Shown: positions 18,904 through 27,162 of the stretch, piece by piece | Position numbering within the stretch: position 1 is the stretch's first letter | Layout: every line of letters begins with the position of its first letter | Assembly: GCA_002362105.1 (NCBI GenBank) | Contig: DETD01000026.1 | Location: 1,139-65,138 of the forward strand | DNA from: Bacteroidales bacterium UBA3297 | GTDB taxonomy: Bacteria > Bacteroidota > Bacteroidia > Bacteroidales > Paludibacteraceae | Length of the DNA: 64,000 bases | Direction of reading: 5' to 3' | The notes under the pieces: generated by a model | What the model was told of the DNA's origin: nothing | The model's input: only the letters and a program-made list of their open reading frames with translations | The model's database searches: none | Position numbers and translations under genes: made by a program

Positions 18904-18911
18904 CAAATTTA
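18904..18911 (-). promoter_or_regulatory. candidate -7 promoter box (TAAATTTG) upstream of the cassette array
   Basis: The minus strand reads TAAATTTG, about 210 nt upstream of the B2 start (18693) and downstream of the typA terminator. No convincing -33 TTTG lies at the usual spacing. Confidence 0.3.
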
Positions 18912-19020
18912 ATGTTTTTTGTCTGTTCCGGTATGAACCATACTCCAAAAGTGTGATGCTGAGACTGTTTTGACTTCTGGCACTTCTGCGCACTGACGGA
19001 AGGTTGTAGGCGGGCCTGGC

Positions 19021-19057
19021 AAAAAGAAAGAGGGCATATCTTTCCGATATACCCTCT
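19021..19057 (-). terminator. rho-independent terminator after typA
   Basis: A 12-bp stem spans 19029-19040 and 19046-19057. The single non-Watson-Crick position becomes a G-U pair only on the minus strand. A T-rich run follows on the minus strand (plus-strand AAAAAGAAAG 19021-19030). Confidence 0.65.
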
Positions 19058-19088
19058 TCTGTTTGCTTGTTTATATGCTGTTGTGGCA

Positions 19089-20903
19089 TTATTCACCAGT
19101 TGGACGCTTGGCCGAACGCTTGCGCTCGCCTTCGTCAAGGATAATTTTACGCATACGCATGCTCTTTGGCGTGATTTCTGCGTATTCGTCTTCCTTGATG
19201 TATTCCAACATTTCTTCCAAAGAGAAGACAATTGGCGGAGCCAGCTTAACCTTGTCGTCAGAACCAGCTGCACGCATGTTGGTCAGCTTCTTGCTCTTGC
19301 AGACATTGACCACCAGGTCGTCTTGCTTGTTGTTCTCACCTACAACCTGACCCATATAGACTTCGTCTTGTGGGTTGATGAAGAACTTACCACGGTCTTG
19401 CAGGTTGTTCAATGCGTAGGCGAATACGGTACCGCCTTCCATTGCGATGATGGAGCCGTTGTTGCGGCGCTCCATAGGGCCTTTGTAAGGCTGGAAGTCT
19501 ACGAAACGGTGGGCCATAACGGCTTCACCGGCAGTAGCTGTCAGAACGTTGGTTCGCAAACCGATGATACCGCGTGAAGGAATCATGAATTCCAAGTGCA
19601 CGCGGTCGCCCTTCTGCTGCATATTGACCATTTCGCCCTTACGGGTCTGAACCATTTCAATAACTTTGCCAGAGCCTTCTTCCGGAGTGTCGATGGTCAA
19701 CTCTTCCATTGGCTCGCACTTTACTCCGTCAATTTCCTTGATGATGACTTTTGGCTGGCCTACCTGCAACTCGTAACCTTCGCGGCGCATAGTCTCGATA
19801 AGTACCGATAAGTGGAGCACACCACGACCGAAGACGGTCCAGTGTCCGTCGGCTTCTCCTTTTTCTACACGCAGTGCCACGTCGCGCTCCAACTCGGCCT
19901 CCAAACGGTCGTTGATGTGGCGTGAGGTGACGAACTTACCCTCTTTGCCGAAGAAAGGAGAGTCGTTGATGACGAACTCCATGCTCATGGTTGGCTCGTC
20001 GATGCTGATGGCTGGCAGTGGTTCTGGGTTCTCGGCGTCGCAGATGCAGTCGCCAATTTCAAAGCCTTCCAAACCGACAATCGCACACAACTCGCCATTC
20101 TGCACTTCCTGTACCTTGCTCTGGCTGAAGCCTTCGAATACGCGGAGCTCCTTGATTTTGCTCTTGACCATTGTACCGTCGCGTTTTGCGAGGGTCACCA
20201 TCTGGCCTTCCTTCAGTGTGCCGCGGTGCAGGCGGCCAATGGCGATACGGCCAACGTATGAAGAGAAGTTGAGTGAGGTGATCAGCATCTGGGTGGTGCC
20301 TGGGTTCTCTTTTGGTGCTGGAATGTTCTCGATGATGGCGTCAAGCACTGGTGTGATGTCGTTCTCGCGAGGCTGTTTCCAGTCGGTACTCATCCAGTTG
20401 TTTTTGGCAGAACCATATACGGTAGGGAAGTTGAGCTGCTCTTCTGTCGCGTTCAAGTTGAACATCAGGTCGAATACCTCTTCCTGTACTTCGTCAGGAC
20501 GGCAGTTTGGCTTGTCTACCTTGTTTACTACTACAATTGGCTTCAGGCCAATCTGAAGTGCCTTCTGCAACACGAAACGGGTCTGTGGCATTGGACCTTC
20601 AAATGCGTCAACCAACAGCAGGCAACCGTCGGCCATGTTAAGCACACGCTCAACCTCACCGCCAAAGTCTGAGTGCCCTGGAGTGTCGATGATGTTGATC
20701 TTGTAACCTTTGTAGCGGATTGATACGTTTTTTGAAACGATGGTTATACCTCGTTCACGCTCCAAATCATTGTTGTCGAGGATGAGCTCGCCAGGCTTTT
20801 CGTGATCGCTGAAAAGTTTTCCGGCTTGTAACATCTTGTCCACCAGCGTAGTCTTACCGTGGTCGACGTGCGCAATAATTGCGACATTCCTGATTTCTTG
20901 CAT
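19089..20903 (-). CDS. typA: translational GTPase TypA/BipA
   Basis: 604-aa ORF with N-terminus [25 protein letters not shown]. The G-domain motifs ([12 protein letters not shown]) and the overall EF-G-like architecture are present. Confidence 0.95.
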   Translation of the reverse strand: MQEIRNVAIIAHVDHGKTTLVDKMLQAGKLFSDHEKPGELILDNNDLERERGITIVSKNVSIRYKGYKINIIDTPGHSDFGGEVERVLNMADGCLLLVDAFEGPMPQTRFVLQKALQIGLKPIVVVNKVDKPNCRPDEVQEEVFDLMFNLNATEEQLNFPTVYGSAKNNWMSTDWKQPRENDITPVLDAIIENIPAPKENPGTTQMLITSLNFSSYVGRIAIGRLHRGTLKEGQMVTLAKRDGTMVKSKIKELRVFEGFSQSKVQEVQNGELCAIVGLEGFEIGDCICDAENPEPLPAISIDEPTMSMEFVINDSPFFGKEGKFVTSRHINDRLEAELERDVALRVEKGEADGHWTVFGRGVLHLSVLIETMRREGYELQVGQPKVIIKEIDGVKCEPMEELTIDTPEEGSGKVIEMVQTRKGEMVNMQQKGDRVHLEFMIPSRGIIGLRTNVLTATAGEAVMAHRFVDFQPYKGPMERRNNGSIIAMEGGTVFAYALNNLQDRGKFFINPQDEVYMGQVVGENNKQDDLVVNVCKSKKLTNMRAAGSDDKVKLAPPIVFSLEEMLEYIKEDEYAEITPKSMRMRKIILDEGERKRSAKRPTGE

Positions 20904-20944
20904 CGTATCTTTTAGATTTTATGATATATATTCAATTTGGAGTG

Positions 20945-20952
20945 CAAAGTTA
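20945..20952 (-). promoter_or_regulatory. candidate -7 promoter box (TAACTTTG) for typA
   Basis: The minus strand reads TAACTTTG, 42 nt upstream of ATG 20903. Confidence 0.45.
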
Positions 20953-21052
20953 GTTATTTTCAGTTAAACATTATCAATATGTTATGGGAAAAATATGTTG
21001 AGCAACATTATTTTGGGCTGTTCTCTCTGATGCCCGACTTTGATTTATTCTT

Positions 21053-21060
21053 TAACTTTG
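21053..21060 (+). promoter_or_regulatory. candidate -7 promoter box (TAACTTTG) for the MATE transporter gene
   Basis: TAACTTTG lies 84 nt upstream of ATG 21144 and is divergent from the typA promoter. Confidence 0.4.
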
Positions 21061-21143
21061 TGCTGCCTGTTGCTGGGCGTTTGTTTTTTTACTTAATGGG
21101 GGCGGACGGCTTCCTTCCCCCTTTTTAACACATAGGTTCTTTT

Positions 21144-22511
21144 ATGAAAGTTGGAAAATCGCCTGCCGAACTGGGTACCATGCCGGTGGGTAAACTTCTG
21201 GTGAGTTATTCGTTGCCCCCTATCGCGGCAATGATGGCTTCCTCGGTCTATAATATTATCGATAGCGCTTTCCTCGGCCACAGCGTGGGCGACTATGCGC
21301 TCGACGCTATGGCTATTACTCTGCCGCTGATGAATGTGGCGGCGGCTTTTGGCGCTATGGTTGGCGCGGGTGGCAGCACGTTGATCTCCATTAAGATGGG
21401 ACAGAAAGACGAAAAGGGGGCCGCCCATGTGTTGGGAAACATTACCGTGCTGAATATTATTCTGGGATTGACCTTAATGACGGTCGGGTTGCTGTTTATG
21501 GACCCTATTCTGACGGTTTTCGGTGCCAGCAACGATGTCCGCCCCTATGCGGCTGAGTTTATGACTATTATTCTGCTGGGTAACGTGTTTACCCATATGT
21601 ATTTCGGCCTGAACAATGCATTGCGCTCAAGTGGTAATCCGAAAATGGCGATGAATATGACGTTCCTGACGGTGGGTATCAACCTGGTCCTTGCCCCGTT
21701 GTTCATCTTCGTCTTCGGTTGGGGACTGAGGGGGGCCGCTTTGGCGACCATTACAGGGCAGATTGTCTCGTTGGCGTTGATTGTCCGCTATTTCTCCAAT
21801 CCCCAGCAGTTCCTGCATTTCCAACGCTGGACTTTCCATTTGAAGGGGTCTATAGTCAAAGGTATTCTTTCCATCGGTATCTCTCCCTTCCTGCTGAACC
21901 TCTGTTCCTGTTTGGTGGTCATCCTCATCAACCACCGGCTCTATGAGTTTGGCGGCGATCATGCGATTGGCGCCTACGGAAACGTCAACAAGGTGCTGAT
22001 GCTGTTCGCTATGGTGGTGTTAGGCATCAACCAGGGCATGCAGCCAATTGCGGGCTATAACTTCGGCGCCCGCCAGTTCCACCGTGTGATTGAGGCTCTG
22101 AAATATGCCGTGCTCTATGCCACTTCTGTCATGTTGTTCGCCTTCACCATGTGCGAACTGTTCCCTACTATAATTATGCGCTTGTTCTCTCAGGGCGAAG
22201 ATATGGTAGAGGCTTCGGCTTATGGTTTGAGGATTACTATTGCCACCTTCCCTATTGTAGGCTTCCAAATGGTGGCTTCCACTTTCTTCCAGAGCATCAA
22301 CAAGGCGTTTATCGCCGCCATTCTTTCCACTACCCGCCAACTCTTGTTTCTGGTGCCGCTTCTGGCCTTTTTGCCAAATTTCTGGCAACTCGATGGGGTG
22401 TGGTTCAGTCTGCCGATTGCCGACACGCTGTCGTCGCTGCTGACGGCTGCCGTGCTCTTCTGGCAACTGGGCAAGTTTAAGGAAATGGCAAGACAGAATG
22501 GATTTAAATAA
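21144..22511 (+). CDS. MATE-family multidrug/compound efflux transporter
   Basis: 455-aa polytopic membrane ORF of about 12 TM segments. The N-terminal GKLLVSYSLPPIAAMMASSVYNIIDSAFLGH is typical of MATE/NorM-type proteins. Confidence 0.85.
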   Translation: MKVGKSPAELGTMPVGKLLVSYSLPPIAAMMASSVYNIIDSAFLGHSVGDYALDAMAITLPLMNVAAAFGAMVGAGGSTLISIKMGQKDEKGAAHVLGNITVLNIILGLTLMTVGLLFMDPILTVFGASNDVRPYAAEFMTIILLGNVFTHMYFGLNNALRSSGNPKMAMNMTFLTVGINLVLAPLFIFVFGWGLRGAALATITGQIVSLALIVRYFSNPQQFLHFQRWTFHLKGSIVKGILSIGISPFLLNLCSCLVVILINHRLYEFGGDHAIGAYGNVNKVLMLFAMVVLGINQGMQPIAGYNFGARQFHRVIEALKYAVLYATSVMLFAFTMCELFPTIIMRLFSQGEDMVEASAYGLRITIATFPIVGFQMVASTFFQSINKAFIAAILSTTRQLLFLVPLLAFLPNFWQLDGVWFSLPIADTLSSLLTAAVLFWQLGKFKEMARQNGFK

Positions 22512-22527
22512 CCTAAAATCAACTGTT

Positions 22528-23160
22528 ATGGATGGTAACAAGAACAATATAGTCATCAGCGTCGGCCGCCAGTTCGGCTGTAAAGGCCGTGTTATCGGCA
22601 AGGCTTTGGCCGAACGTTTCGGTTTCAGTTTTTACGATGCCGAACTCCTCAACCTTGCCGCCAAGGAAATAGGATTCGACCCTTCTATGTTTGAAATGGC
22701 CGACGAGAAACCTGGACTGCCGGAGTTCTTCCAGAATGTGGGCCAGCTTTTGTTCGGCATGAATGGCGGTGCCGACAGCTACCTCTCGAGCGCCAAACTG
22801 TTTGAAATACAGAGCGAGGCTATACGGCATGTTGCAGAAGTAGGCCCCTGTGTTATTATGGGCCGTTGCAGCGATTATGTGTTGCGTGACAATCCGAACC
22901 TGTTCAGTGTGTATTTCTCGGCTCCGCTCGATTTCCGTATTGCCTGTGTGAAAGAACGCTCGGGTATTACCGACGACGAGGCGGTGCGCGATATTATCTT
23001 GAAGACCGACAAGAAACGTGCGGCCTACTATAACTATTATACCGATAAGGTGTGGGGACATTCGGCTAGCTATAACCTTTGTGCCGATGTTACTATGCTG
23101 GGTGTGGAACAGACGGCTGTTTTTGTTGGCGATTTTATTAAGGCAAAATTTGGTTTGTAG
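22528..23160 (+). CDS. cytidylate-kinase-like family protein (P-loop NTPase)
   Basis: Track ORF is 22498..23160. I prefer ATG 22528 (MDGNKNNIVISVGRQFGCKGRVIGKALAERFGF) because it avoids overlap with the MATE gene. The start remains uncertain. The glycine-rich loop and length fit the cytidylate-kinase-like family. Confidence 0.65.
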   Translation: MDGNKNNIVISVGRQFGCKGRVIGKALAERFGFSFYDAELLNLAAKEIGFDPSMFEMADEKPGLPEFFQNVGQLLFGMNGGADSYLSSAKLFEIQSEAIRHVAEVGPCVIMGRCSDYVLRDNPNLFSVYFSAPLDFRIACVKERSGITDDEAVRDIILKTDKKRAAYYNYYTDKVWGHSASYNLCADVTMLGVEQTAVFVGDFIKAKFGL

Positions 23161-24233
23161 TGCAAATAAAGGAAACCGAAAGTACGTGGAAGGCTGCTGC
23201 TAAATGCGTGCTGTTCTTCTTTGTGTGGCTGATTATCGGATCTTTGCCTATGTCATATATATTTATATGTAGTGGCTCCCATTTCAAGAATGCCTGTATT
23301 TTTATGTTGCCGGTCAATCTTGTGATGTGGATTTGTGTCCGCCACAATATGAAAAATGTGCAGAAACTGATCGGTGTTACATTGCTTACTTATGCTGTCT
23401 TTTATGTGGGCGATGAATTGTATTTTTCTGATTTTCGCTTTTTTCGCCATTACTTGGTTTACATAGCGTATGACATAAGTTTGGTTTTGCCGCTAGCTTG
23501 TTTCATTCGACCAATGAATGCCTCTATGATTTCTAAATTGGTGGAAATGTTTATTTGTTATTTGTTGTTTGTCGGCTTGACATTTAATTATGGATTAAAG
23601 TCTTACACACCAATTGTGTCAGTTGTCTTTATTCTCATTTATAGTTTCTTTTTTGTGTCTTTATTTGTTCGTTCCATCAAAGCAACAGGAAAAGATAAAT
23701 CTGAAGAAGGGCATGCTTCTGGCTTTGCAGGTTCAGAAGAACGCGAAGAGCGTTTTTCAATCAAAAGGAAGTGCGCCTATCGGGTGGCAGGTTTAATTGC
23801 ATATATCTATAAGGGACAGAAACTGCTGACAACTGACGATTTTGAAAAACTGACAAGTATGCTGGAATCGGATTATGCGGTTTTGGTAAAAGAGTTTCGT
23901 AGACGCAATGTAAGGGGTGGGCTGTTCAAAAATCAGAAAGAGCCATTTAATAGTGTTGAATGTCTCGACTTGAAGGGAAAGAGTGAAAAGACTGTCCTGC
24001 CGATTGTGGATGTCCTCTATTTGGGTGTCTCTGCGGCTGGTCTGAGCAAGGCTTCGTTTGAAAGATTCTTACAGGTAATTGGGCACTTGCATGCCGATGA
24101 TGAACTGGTGGAACAACTGAAGTGTTTTTATGAATTACGGAAGACACGCATTCCTCGTGAAAAAGGGCAGGGTTTGTTGAGCGTGAACTCTACTTCTGTT
24201 GTGCCCTGTTGCAACGATGTCGCTTTAAAATAA
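23160..24233 (+). CDS. hypothetical polytopic membrane protein with cytoplasmic C-terminal domain
   Basis: 357-aa ORF starting at a GTG that overlaps the preceding TAG stop (TAGTG). Alternative ATG starts lie downstream. It has about 5-6 hydrophobic segments and then a ~170-aa soluble region with no motif I recognise. Its G+C is lower than that of its neighbours. Confidence 0.5.
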   Translation: MQIKETESTWKAAAKCVLFFFVWLIIGSLPMSYIFICSGSHFKNACIFMLPVNLVMWICVRHNMKNVQKLIGVTLLTYAVFYVGDELYFSDFRFFRHYLVYIAYDISLVLPLACFIRPMNASMISKLVEMFICYLLFVGLTFNYGLKSYTPIVSVVFILIYSFFFVSLFVRSIKATGKDKSEEGHASGFAGSEEREERFSIKRKCAYRVAGLIAYIYKGQKLLTTDDFEKLTSMLESDYAVLVKEFRRRNVRGGLFKNQKEPFNSVECLDLKGKSEKTVLPIVDVLYLGVSAAGLSKASFERFLQVIGHLHADDELVEQLKCFYELRKTRIPREKGQGLLSVNSTSVVPCCNDVALK

Positions 24234-24309
24234 AGCTGTTTTGCAAAACCTCAGCTACAAAAAAATACAGTCGGTTAAGTCCCTTTTTGTGTAATTCCTT
24301 TTTTTCTGC

Positions 24310-24317
24310 TATTTTTG
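24310..24317 (+). promoter_or_regulatory. candidate -7 promoter box (TATTTTTG) for frr
   Basis: TATTTTTG lies 39 nt upstream of ATG 24356. This supports the internal start over the track start at 24209. Confidence 0.45.
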
Positions 24318-24355
24318 TGCAACTTAATAAAAACATTCAAGATATAAATAAGACT

Positions 24356-24916
24356 ATGGCAGACGTAGAAAGCTTCTATAAAAATGCGCAAACCAAGATG
24401 GATGGTGCGCTCTCTCACCTCGACGATGCTTTTGCACACATCCGTGCGGGAAAGGCAAATGTTCGCATCCTCGAACCTATTCACCTCGATTATTATGGTA
24501 GCATGACTCCGCTTTCTGGTGTCGCTAATATCACAACTCCCGATGCACGTACCATCGCAATACAGCCTTGGGAAAAGAAGATGTTGCCTGCTATTGAAAA
24601 GGCCATTCTCGCTTCTGAAATTGGTATCACCCCTGAAAACAACGGCGAAATTATCCGCTTGAGCATTCCACCGCTCACCGAGGACCGCCGTAAGCAGTTG
24701 GTTAAGCAGGTGAAAGCCGAGGCTGAAAATGCCAAGGTGGCTGTACGTAACGCCCGCCGCGACGCTATTGATGGCCTGAAAAAGGAAATCAAGAATGGCT
24801 TGGCTGAAGATGCCGAGAAGGATGCGGAAGACAAGGTGCAGAAATTGCACGACAAGTACATCAAGATGGTGGACGACGCTTTCGCTGTTAAAGAAAAGGA
24901 AATTATGACCGTCTAA
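24356..24916 (+). CDS. frr: ribosome recycling factor
   Basis: Track ORF is 24209..24916. The true start is at ATG 24356 ([17 protein letters not shown]...), giving 186 aa. The sequence is RRF throughout ([33 protein letters not shown]). Confidence 0.95.
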   Translation: MADVESFYKNAQTKMDGALSHLDDAFAHIRAGKANVRILEPIHLDYYGSMTPLSGVANITTPDARTIAIQPWEKKMLPAIEKAILASEIGITPENNGEIIRLSIPPLTEDRRKQLVKQVKAEAENAKVAVRNARRDAIDGLKKEIKNGLAEDAEKDAEDKVQKLHDKYIKMVDDAFAVKEKEIMTV

Positions 24917-24948
24917 TCTTTCTGATGGTTGTTCTTTAGAAGAAGTAC

Positions 24949-24998
24949 CGCAGAACAGGGTCGGTGGCTACCGATGCTGTTCTGCGTTCTTTATTTTT
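24949..24998 (+). terminator. rho-independent terminator after frr
   Basis: A 10-bp stem, CGCAGAACAG (24949-24958) pairing with CTGTTCTGCG (24977-24986), is followed by TTCTTTATTTTT. Confidence 0.6.
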
Positions 24999-25002
24999 GA
25001 TT

Positions 25003-25926
25003 ATGGAAGGACTAGTTGTAAAAAATACGGGTAACTCCTACTTGGTGCGGACGGCAGACAAGCAGGTGTTCGACTGCCACTTGAAGGGCAATTTCCGCAT
25101 TCAGGGTATTAAGAGTACCAATCCTATCGCAGTCGGCGATAATGTGGAGTTTGACGTCCGGTCGGCGGAAGACTGTCTCATCACCAAACTTCTGCCTCGC
25201 CGTAACTATATTGTGCGCCGTCCGGCGAACCTTTCGAAACAGTTGCACATCATTGCATCGAACCTCGATGCGGCTATGCTGGTGGTCACCATCAACCATC
25301 CGGTCACTTCTACCGTGTTCATCGACCGTTTCCTGGCTACCTGCGAGGCCTACAGTGTGCCGGGCATGTTGCTCATCAACAAGGTGGACCTCTACGACGA
25401 TGACGAGAGGGTGTATATGGAAAATTTGGTGCGCCTCTACGAGCAGATTGGTTATCCGTGCTATGTGGTGTCGGCTAAAACTGGCGAGGGGGTGGCCGAG
25501 GTGGCCGAACTCCTGAAAAATAAAATAACCCTGCTTTCGGGTAACTCCGGTGTCGGCAAGTCTTCGCTGGTGAATGCCATTAATCCCGATTTTAAGGCGC
25601 GTATTGGCGATTTGTCTGATGTCCACGATGCGGGTATGCACACCACTACCTTCTCTGAAATGTTCGAGATTGCGCCAGACAGTTTTATTGTCGACACGCC
25701 GGGAATCCGTGGTTTTGGCACTATCGATTTCAAGAAAGAAGAGGTGGGGCACTACTTCCCCGATATTTTTCGCTTCTCTTCGGAGTGCCGTTTCGGAAAC
25801 TGCACGCATACCCACGAACCTGGCTGCGCCGTGCTGAAAGCGGTTGAAGAACACTATATAAGCGAATCGCGCTATAATAGCTATCTTAGTATAATGGATG
25901 ACGAGAACGACGCTAAATACCGTTAA
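25003..25926 (+). CDS. rsgA: ribosome small-subunit-dependent GTPase A
   Basis: Track ORF starts at GTG 24964, inside the frr terminator, so I prefer ATG 25003 (MEGLVVKNTGNSYLV). It has the circularly permuted GTPase motifs (NKVD, GNSGVGKSSLVNAI) and a zinc-binding C-terminus (CRFGNCTHTHEPGC). Confidence 0.9.
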   Translation: MEGLVVKNTGNSYLVRTADKQVFDCHLKGNFRIQGIKSTNPIAVGDNVEFDVRSAEDCLITKLLPRRNYIVRRPANLSKQLHIIASNLDAAMLVVTINHPVTSTVFIDRFLATCEAYSVPGMLLINKVDLYDDDERVYMENLVRLYEQIGYPCYVVSAKTGEGVAEVAELLKNKITLLSGNSGVGKSSLVNAINPDFKARIGDLSDVHDAGMHTTTFSEMFEIAPDSFIVDTPGIRGFGTIDFKKEEVGHYFPDIFRFSSECRFGNCTHTHEPGCAVLKAVEEHYISESRYNSYLSIMDDENDAKYR

Positions 25927-25935
25927 CTGACGCTT

Positions 25936-27114
25936 ATGCATATCACTTTCGAGAATTTTGCAAAGGTTAAATATTTGTTCGCCTTTCTGGCTCTGGTTAT
26001 TGTAGCCATTTCCACCTACTTTACGAATGGATTGGTAAAGAGTGTGGCACAGGAGGAAGAACGCAAGATGACTCTTTGGGCCGAGGCTACCCGGAAGGTT
26101 GCGTCGGCTGGTGAGGTCACCGACTTCGATTTCCTGCTGAAGGTGATTGAAGACAATACGACCATTCCGTGCTTTATTCTCGACCAGAATAACAATGTGG
26201 TGGGCTCTAGGAATATAAGTGTGCCTCAGTCGCTCGGACAAACGGAACTAGACGATTTCTGGCGTAGGAAACGGACCAACTACAGCGATTTGCATGACCC
26301 TATTGTTATTGAAATCGACCACGATACCCGCCAATATATCTTTTACGACAACTCGTTGTTGCTGAAACGCCTGTCCTATTATCCCTACATCCAGTGGGGG
26401 GTTATCCTGATCTTCTTTTTGGCTGTTTTGTTCTTTTTCACGTTGGCTAAGCGGGCAGAACAAAACAAGGTGTGGGCCGGACTCTCGAAGGAGACGGCAC
26501 ACCAGTTGGGTACCCCTATCTCGTCGCTGATGGCCTGGGTGGAACTGATGAAGGTGCAGAATATGGCTCCCGATGTGATTCCGGAAATGGAAAAAGATGT
26601 GGCCCGGTTGCAAACTATTGCCGACCGCTTCTCGAAAGTCGGCTCTATTCCCGAACTTAAGCCGGCCTGCTTGAACGACGTGCTCGAAAATACGCTGGCC
26701 TATATGCGGCGGAGGGTGTCGGCCAAGGTGGTTATCTCTACGGCCTACCAAACCGACGGACCGGTCAATCTGCTGCTTTGTGTGCCTTTGTTCGAGTGGG
26801 TTTGTGAAAATCTCTGTAAAAATGCGGTCGATGCTATGGAGGGACGTGGCAGCATTACGGTGAACGTTGCCTTGCATGAAAATAAGGTCTGCCTCGATTT
26901 TACCGATACGGGAAAGGGCATTCCAAAGTCGAAGTTTAAAACGGTGTTCCAGCCGGGCTTTACTACGAAGAAGAGGGGGTGGGGACTTGGTCTGTCGCTG
27001 GTGAAGCGGATTGTTGAAGATTACCACCACGGTTCCATCTTTGTCAAACAGTCTGAAATAGGCAAGGGTACCACTTTCCGTATTTTGTTGAACCTCCCTT
27101 CCAAAGATGAATAA
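25936..27114 (+). CDS. membrane sensor histidine kinase (HisKA + HATPase_c)
   Basis: 392-aa ORF with two TM segments. The H-box reads ETAHQLGTPISSL. The N/G boxes are present (NLCKNAVDAM, DTGKGIP, GWGLGLSLVKRIV). No response regulator is adjacent. Confidence 0.85.
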   Translation: MHITFENFAKVKYLFAFLALVIVAISTYFTNGLVKSVAQEEERKMTLWAEATRKVASAGEVTDFDFLLKVIEDNTTIPCFILDQNNNVVGSRNISVPQSLGQTELDDFWRRKRTNYSDLHDPIVIEIDHDTRQYIFYDNSLLLKRLSYYPYIQWGVILIFFLAVLFFFTLAKRAEQNKVWAGLSKETAHQLGTPISSLMAWVELMKVQNMAPDVIPEMEKDVARLQTIADRFSKVGSIPELKPACLNDVLENTLAYMRRRVSAKVVISTAYQTDGPVNLLLCVPLFEWVCENLCKNAVDAMEGRGSITVNVALHENKVCLDFTDTGKGIPKSKFKTVFQPGFTTKKRGWGLGLSLVKRIVEDYHHGSIFVKQSEIGKGTTFRILLNLPSKDE

Positions 27115-27162
27115 AAAGATAAAGCGCACACCGCATCGTTTGCCGTGTGCGCTTTATTTTTT
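27112..27162. terminator. bidirectional hairpin terminator between the histidine kinase gene and dnaG
   Basis: An 11-bp stem, AAAGCGCACAC (27121-27131) pairing with GTGTGCGCTTT (27146-27156), is flanked by an A-rich tract on the left and a T-rich tract on the right. Confidence 0.6.

Noticed and set aside
18858-18970. An inverted repeat, AAACAGACTCAG / CTGAGACTGTTT (11 of 12 complementary), flanks the promoter-like TAAATTTG box upstream of the cassette array. This raised the possibility of an invertible, phase-variable promoter. A nearby AACGTAC (18826-18832) also partly resembles the Bacteroides invertase half-site core.
   Set aside because: A 12-nt, 11/12 inverted repeat is close to chance expectation in a ~400-nt AT-rich spacer. 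The enclosed segment of ~89 nt is short for known Bacteroides invertible promoters. The AACGTAC motif has no inverted partner, and no site-specific recombinase gene is in the window. Checking reads for both orientations is worthwhile but the case is unsupported here.
25012-26241. A very long antisense ORF of 409 aa spans the rsgA/histidine-kinase junction. Similar long shadow ORFs occur at 57022..58206, 48394..49272, 26248..27129, 35277..36113 and 8406..9185.
   Set aside because: Each lies opposite a gene with clear family motifs. Their translations are Arg/His/Val-rich with no motifs, signal sequences or start context. These are typical shadow frames of well-conserved genes.
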